64,000 nucleotides of DNA from Lama glama. Taxonomy: Eukaryota. The notes below the pieces were generated by a model that made no database searches, was not told where the DNA came from, and was given only the letters and a program-made list of their open reading frames with translations. Positions 62,461 through 64,000 of the stretch are shown piece by piece (the first letter of the stretch is position 1; every line of letters begins with the position of its first letter). Where the stretch lies: contig CM052817.1 in assembly GCA_028534125.1 (NCBI GenBank), forward strand, positions 39,310,001 through 39,374,000, in the 5' to 3' direction. Both the position numbers and the translations under genes were made by a program.

Positions 62461-63781
62461 AAATGCTGATGTTCCTCGTTTACTGCTGTTTTAGTTGTCA
62501 AAAATATTTATGGGATTTGCACGGCCAGAGAACAGAGCTGTGACTGATGACCCACAATCATCAGAGCTGATTTCATGTACTATCATGTCTTAGACAATCA
62601 CACTTCATTTCGCCCTGGAACTTGGGAGAATGACATTGTCGCTTGGGTGGGGCCCTAAGAGCCCCGGGGGTGGGTCTGTGGGTGTTGCGATCTAGTGCAC
62701 CTTGTTACATCCCCTGCTTCTGTCCTGGCCAACCTCACGCTTGGTGCAACCTTTTTTCTTAAGGAACAACGGTCTAGACAAAAAAACTCCTCCCTGGGCA
62801 GAAGTGCCTCCAGAGAAATGCTATGCGAACTCTTTGCGCCCCCCCCTCCTTCCAGCCCTTCCCCGCAGGCCACCCGCCCCTCTTCCTCACTCTTTGCAGC
62901 TGCAGAATCACCACTACATCCCTGCTCATTGTAAGTGACCAGACTAGGCAAATAGGAAGACGGATGGTTGGCCAGGGAAATTTGGGCCACCGTGATGGGA
63001 AAGGTGCAGAGGAAAACATTACGGCCTGAGCCCCTTTGAAACAGGCTGACAGTTGACAGATGAGTATCCATAAAATGACAAAGGCCTCCCTGTGTAAAGA
63101 CCTTTGCCACCAGCGCTTCTCCCTGGGAAACTAACTGCCCTCAACTGTCAGTGAAAATATTATTTTTTTTTTCCTGGTGATTATTCCCGTCCCCGTTTCT
63201 CGGACCACAGAATAGCCTGCACTTTGCATATGTGGGTTTTCTCCATCATGGTGGCTGTGGCAACCCCTGGCCCCCGATTCTCTCAATAAGAGGTGACAAG
63301 TTATCCTGGTGATTAAATGGTTATACCCGGGATAGTGAGCTGGAATGTGCAACTGTAAGATCTAATTGTGGTTCCGAGGGACAGATGCTGGGAGAATCCT
63401 AAGATTTTTTTAAAAGTAGTGTTAAGAATCCCTAAAGGATCCATGAAAAAGACCTGGCTGTATTTACAAAGCTTTGAGTCTGCAGCGGACAATGGATACT
63501 AAAAACAATGCTGCGCACAGCCTCAAAGAAGCCCTGCTGATGTGACTGCGGGTTTCGTATTCTGTTTATTTGTCTGTCCCATCGCCGTGGGCAATAGAGA
63601 GTATGAAAAGGGGAGGAGAGGAAAGAGGGCAAACTGTGGCAACTGTGAAATAGAGGGCGGGCTCTTCTTTCCCTCCGGACTCCTTTGTCTTGGGAATCCT
63701 CTCAGGAATTTGAAGGAGGCATTTCCTCCTCTCTGACGACAACTTTGGATTCAGAGCCTGTCTTGATCCTTTTCTCTAGAG

Positions 63782-63967
63782 CACAGCTGTCCAGCAGGAT
63801 TTTCCGTGATGACAGTCGTGTTCCACGTGTGCGCTGTCTGGCTGCCTGATGGGTGGTCTCACGTGGCTACTGAGCACTTGAAATGGGGCTCATGTGAACG
63901 AGGAACTGGATTTTAATTCAATTAAATTTGGATGCAAGTATCCTTGATTAGTCATTGGACAGTGGAG
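63782..63967. mobile_element. MER3 hAT-Charlie element
   Basis: gctgtcca...gtggctactgagcacttgaaatg...gaggaactggatttt...ttggacag. 8-bp flanks ctctagag / cactagac fit the hAT NTCTAGAN target. Confidence 0.85.
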
Positions 63968-64000
63968 CACTAGACCCGCCAGCGTGTCCACCTTAGTGCC

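Noticed and set aside
62655..63110. 151-aa ORF and overlapping ORFs
   Set aside because: Explained by GC-rich, stop-poor composition. No recognisable protein.
1..64000. Prokaryote-type systems (CRISPR arrays, operons, defence islands)
   Set aside because: The sequence is mammalian and non-coding. There is no repeat-spacer array and no long ORF.

Overview
Mammalian genomic DNA, AT-rich and dense in repeats. It is most likely from a camelid, judged from a tRNA-Ala-derived vic-1-type SINE at ~39.7 kb and cetartiodactyl-type L1 3' ends. I find no credible protein-coding gene and cannot name the locus. The ORF-track entries are chance ORFs or transposon remnants. Much of the window is layered transposon fossil: L1 of several ages, L2, MIR, RTE-X/L4, CR1/L3, MaLR/ERVL LTRs and internal pieces, and hAT-Charlie and Tigger elements, often nested. 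Repeat-poor stretches between them contain transcription-factor motif clusters that look like enhancers. The best leads are: (1) a ~1.2 kb very old CR1 relic at 31.5-32.7 kb whose RT and C-terminal motifs remain in order, with a small insert; (2) a Gypsy-like integrase relic at 17.1-17.7 kb, including a 116-codon open frame; (3) a chain of minus-strand splice signals at 43.5-36.0 kb, including a 22-nt microexon, suggesting an unannotated spliced transcript starting near a CpG patch; (4) a TCF/LEF site cluster at 47.2-47.8 kb and a bZIP site cluster at 4.0-4.2 kb. No new biological system is demonstrated. Repeat family names come from remembered consensus sequences, not from a search, and boundaries are approximate unless TSDs or TIRs are quoted.
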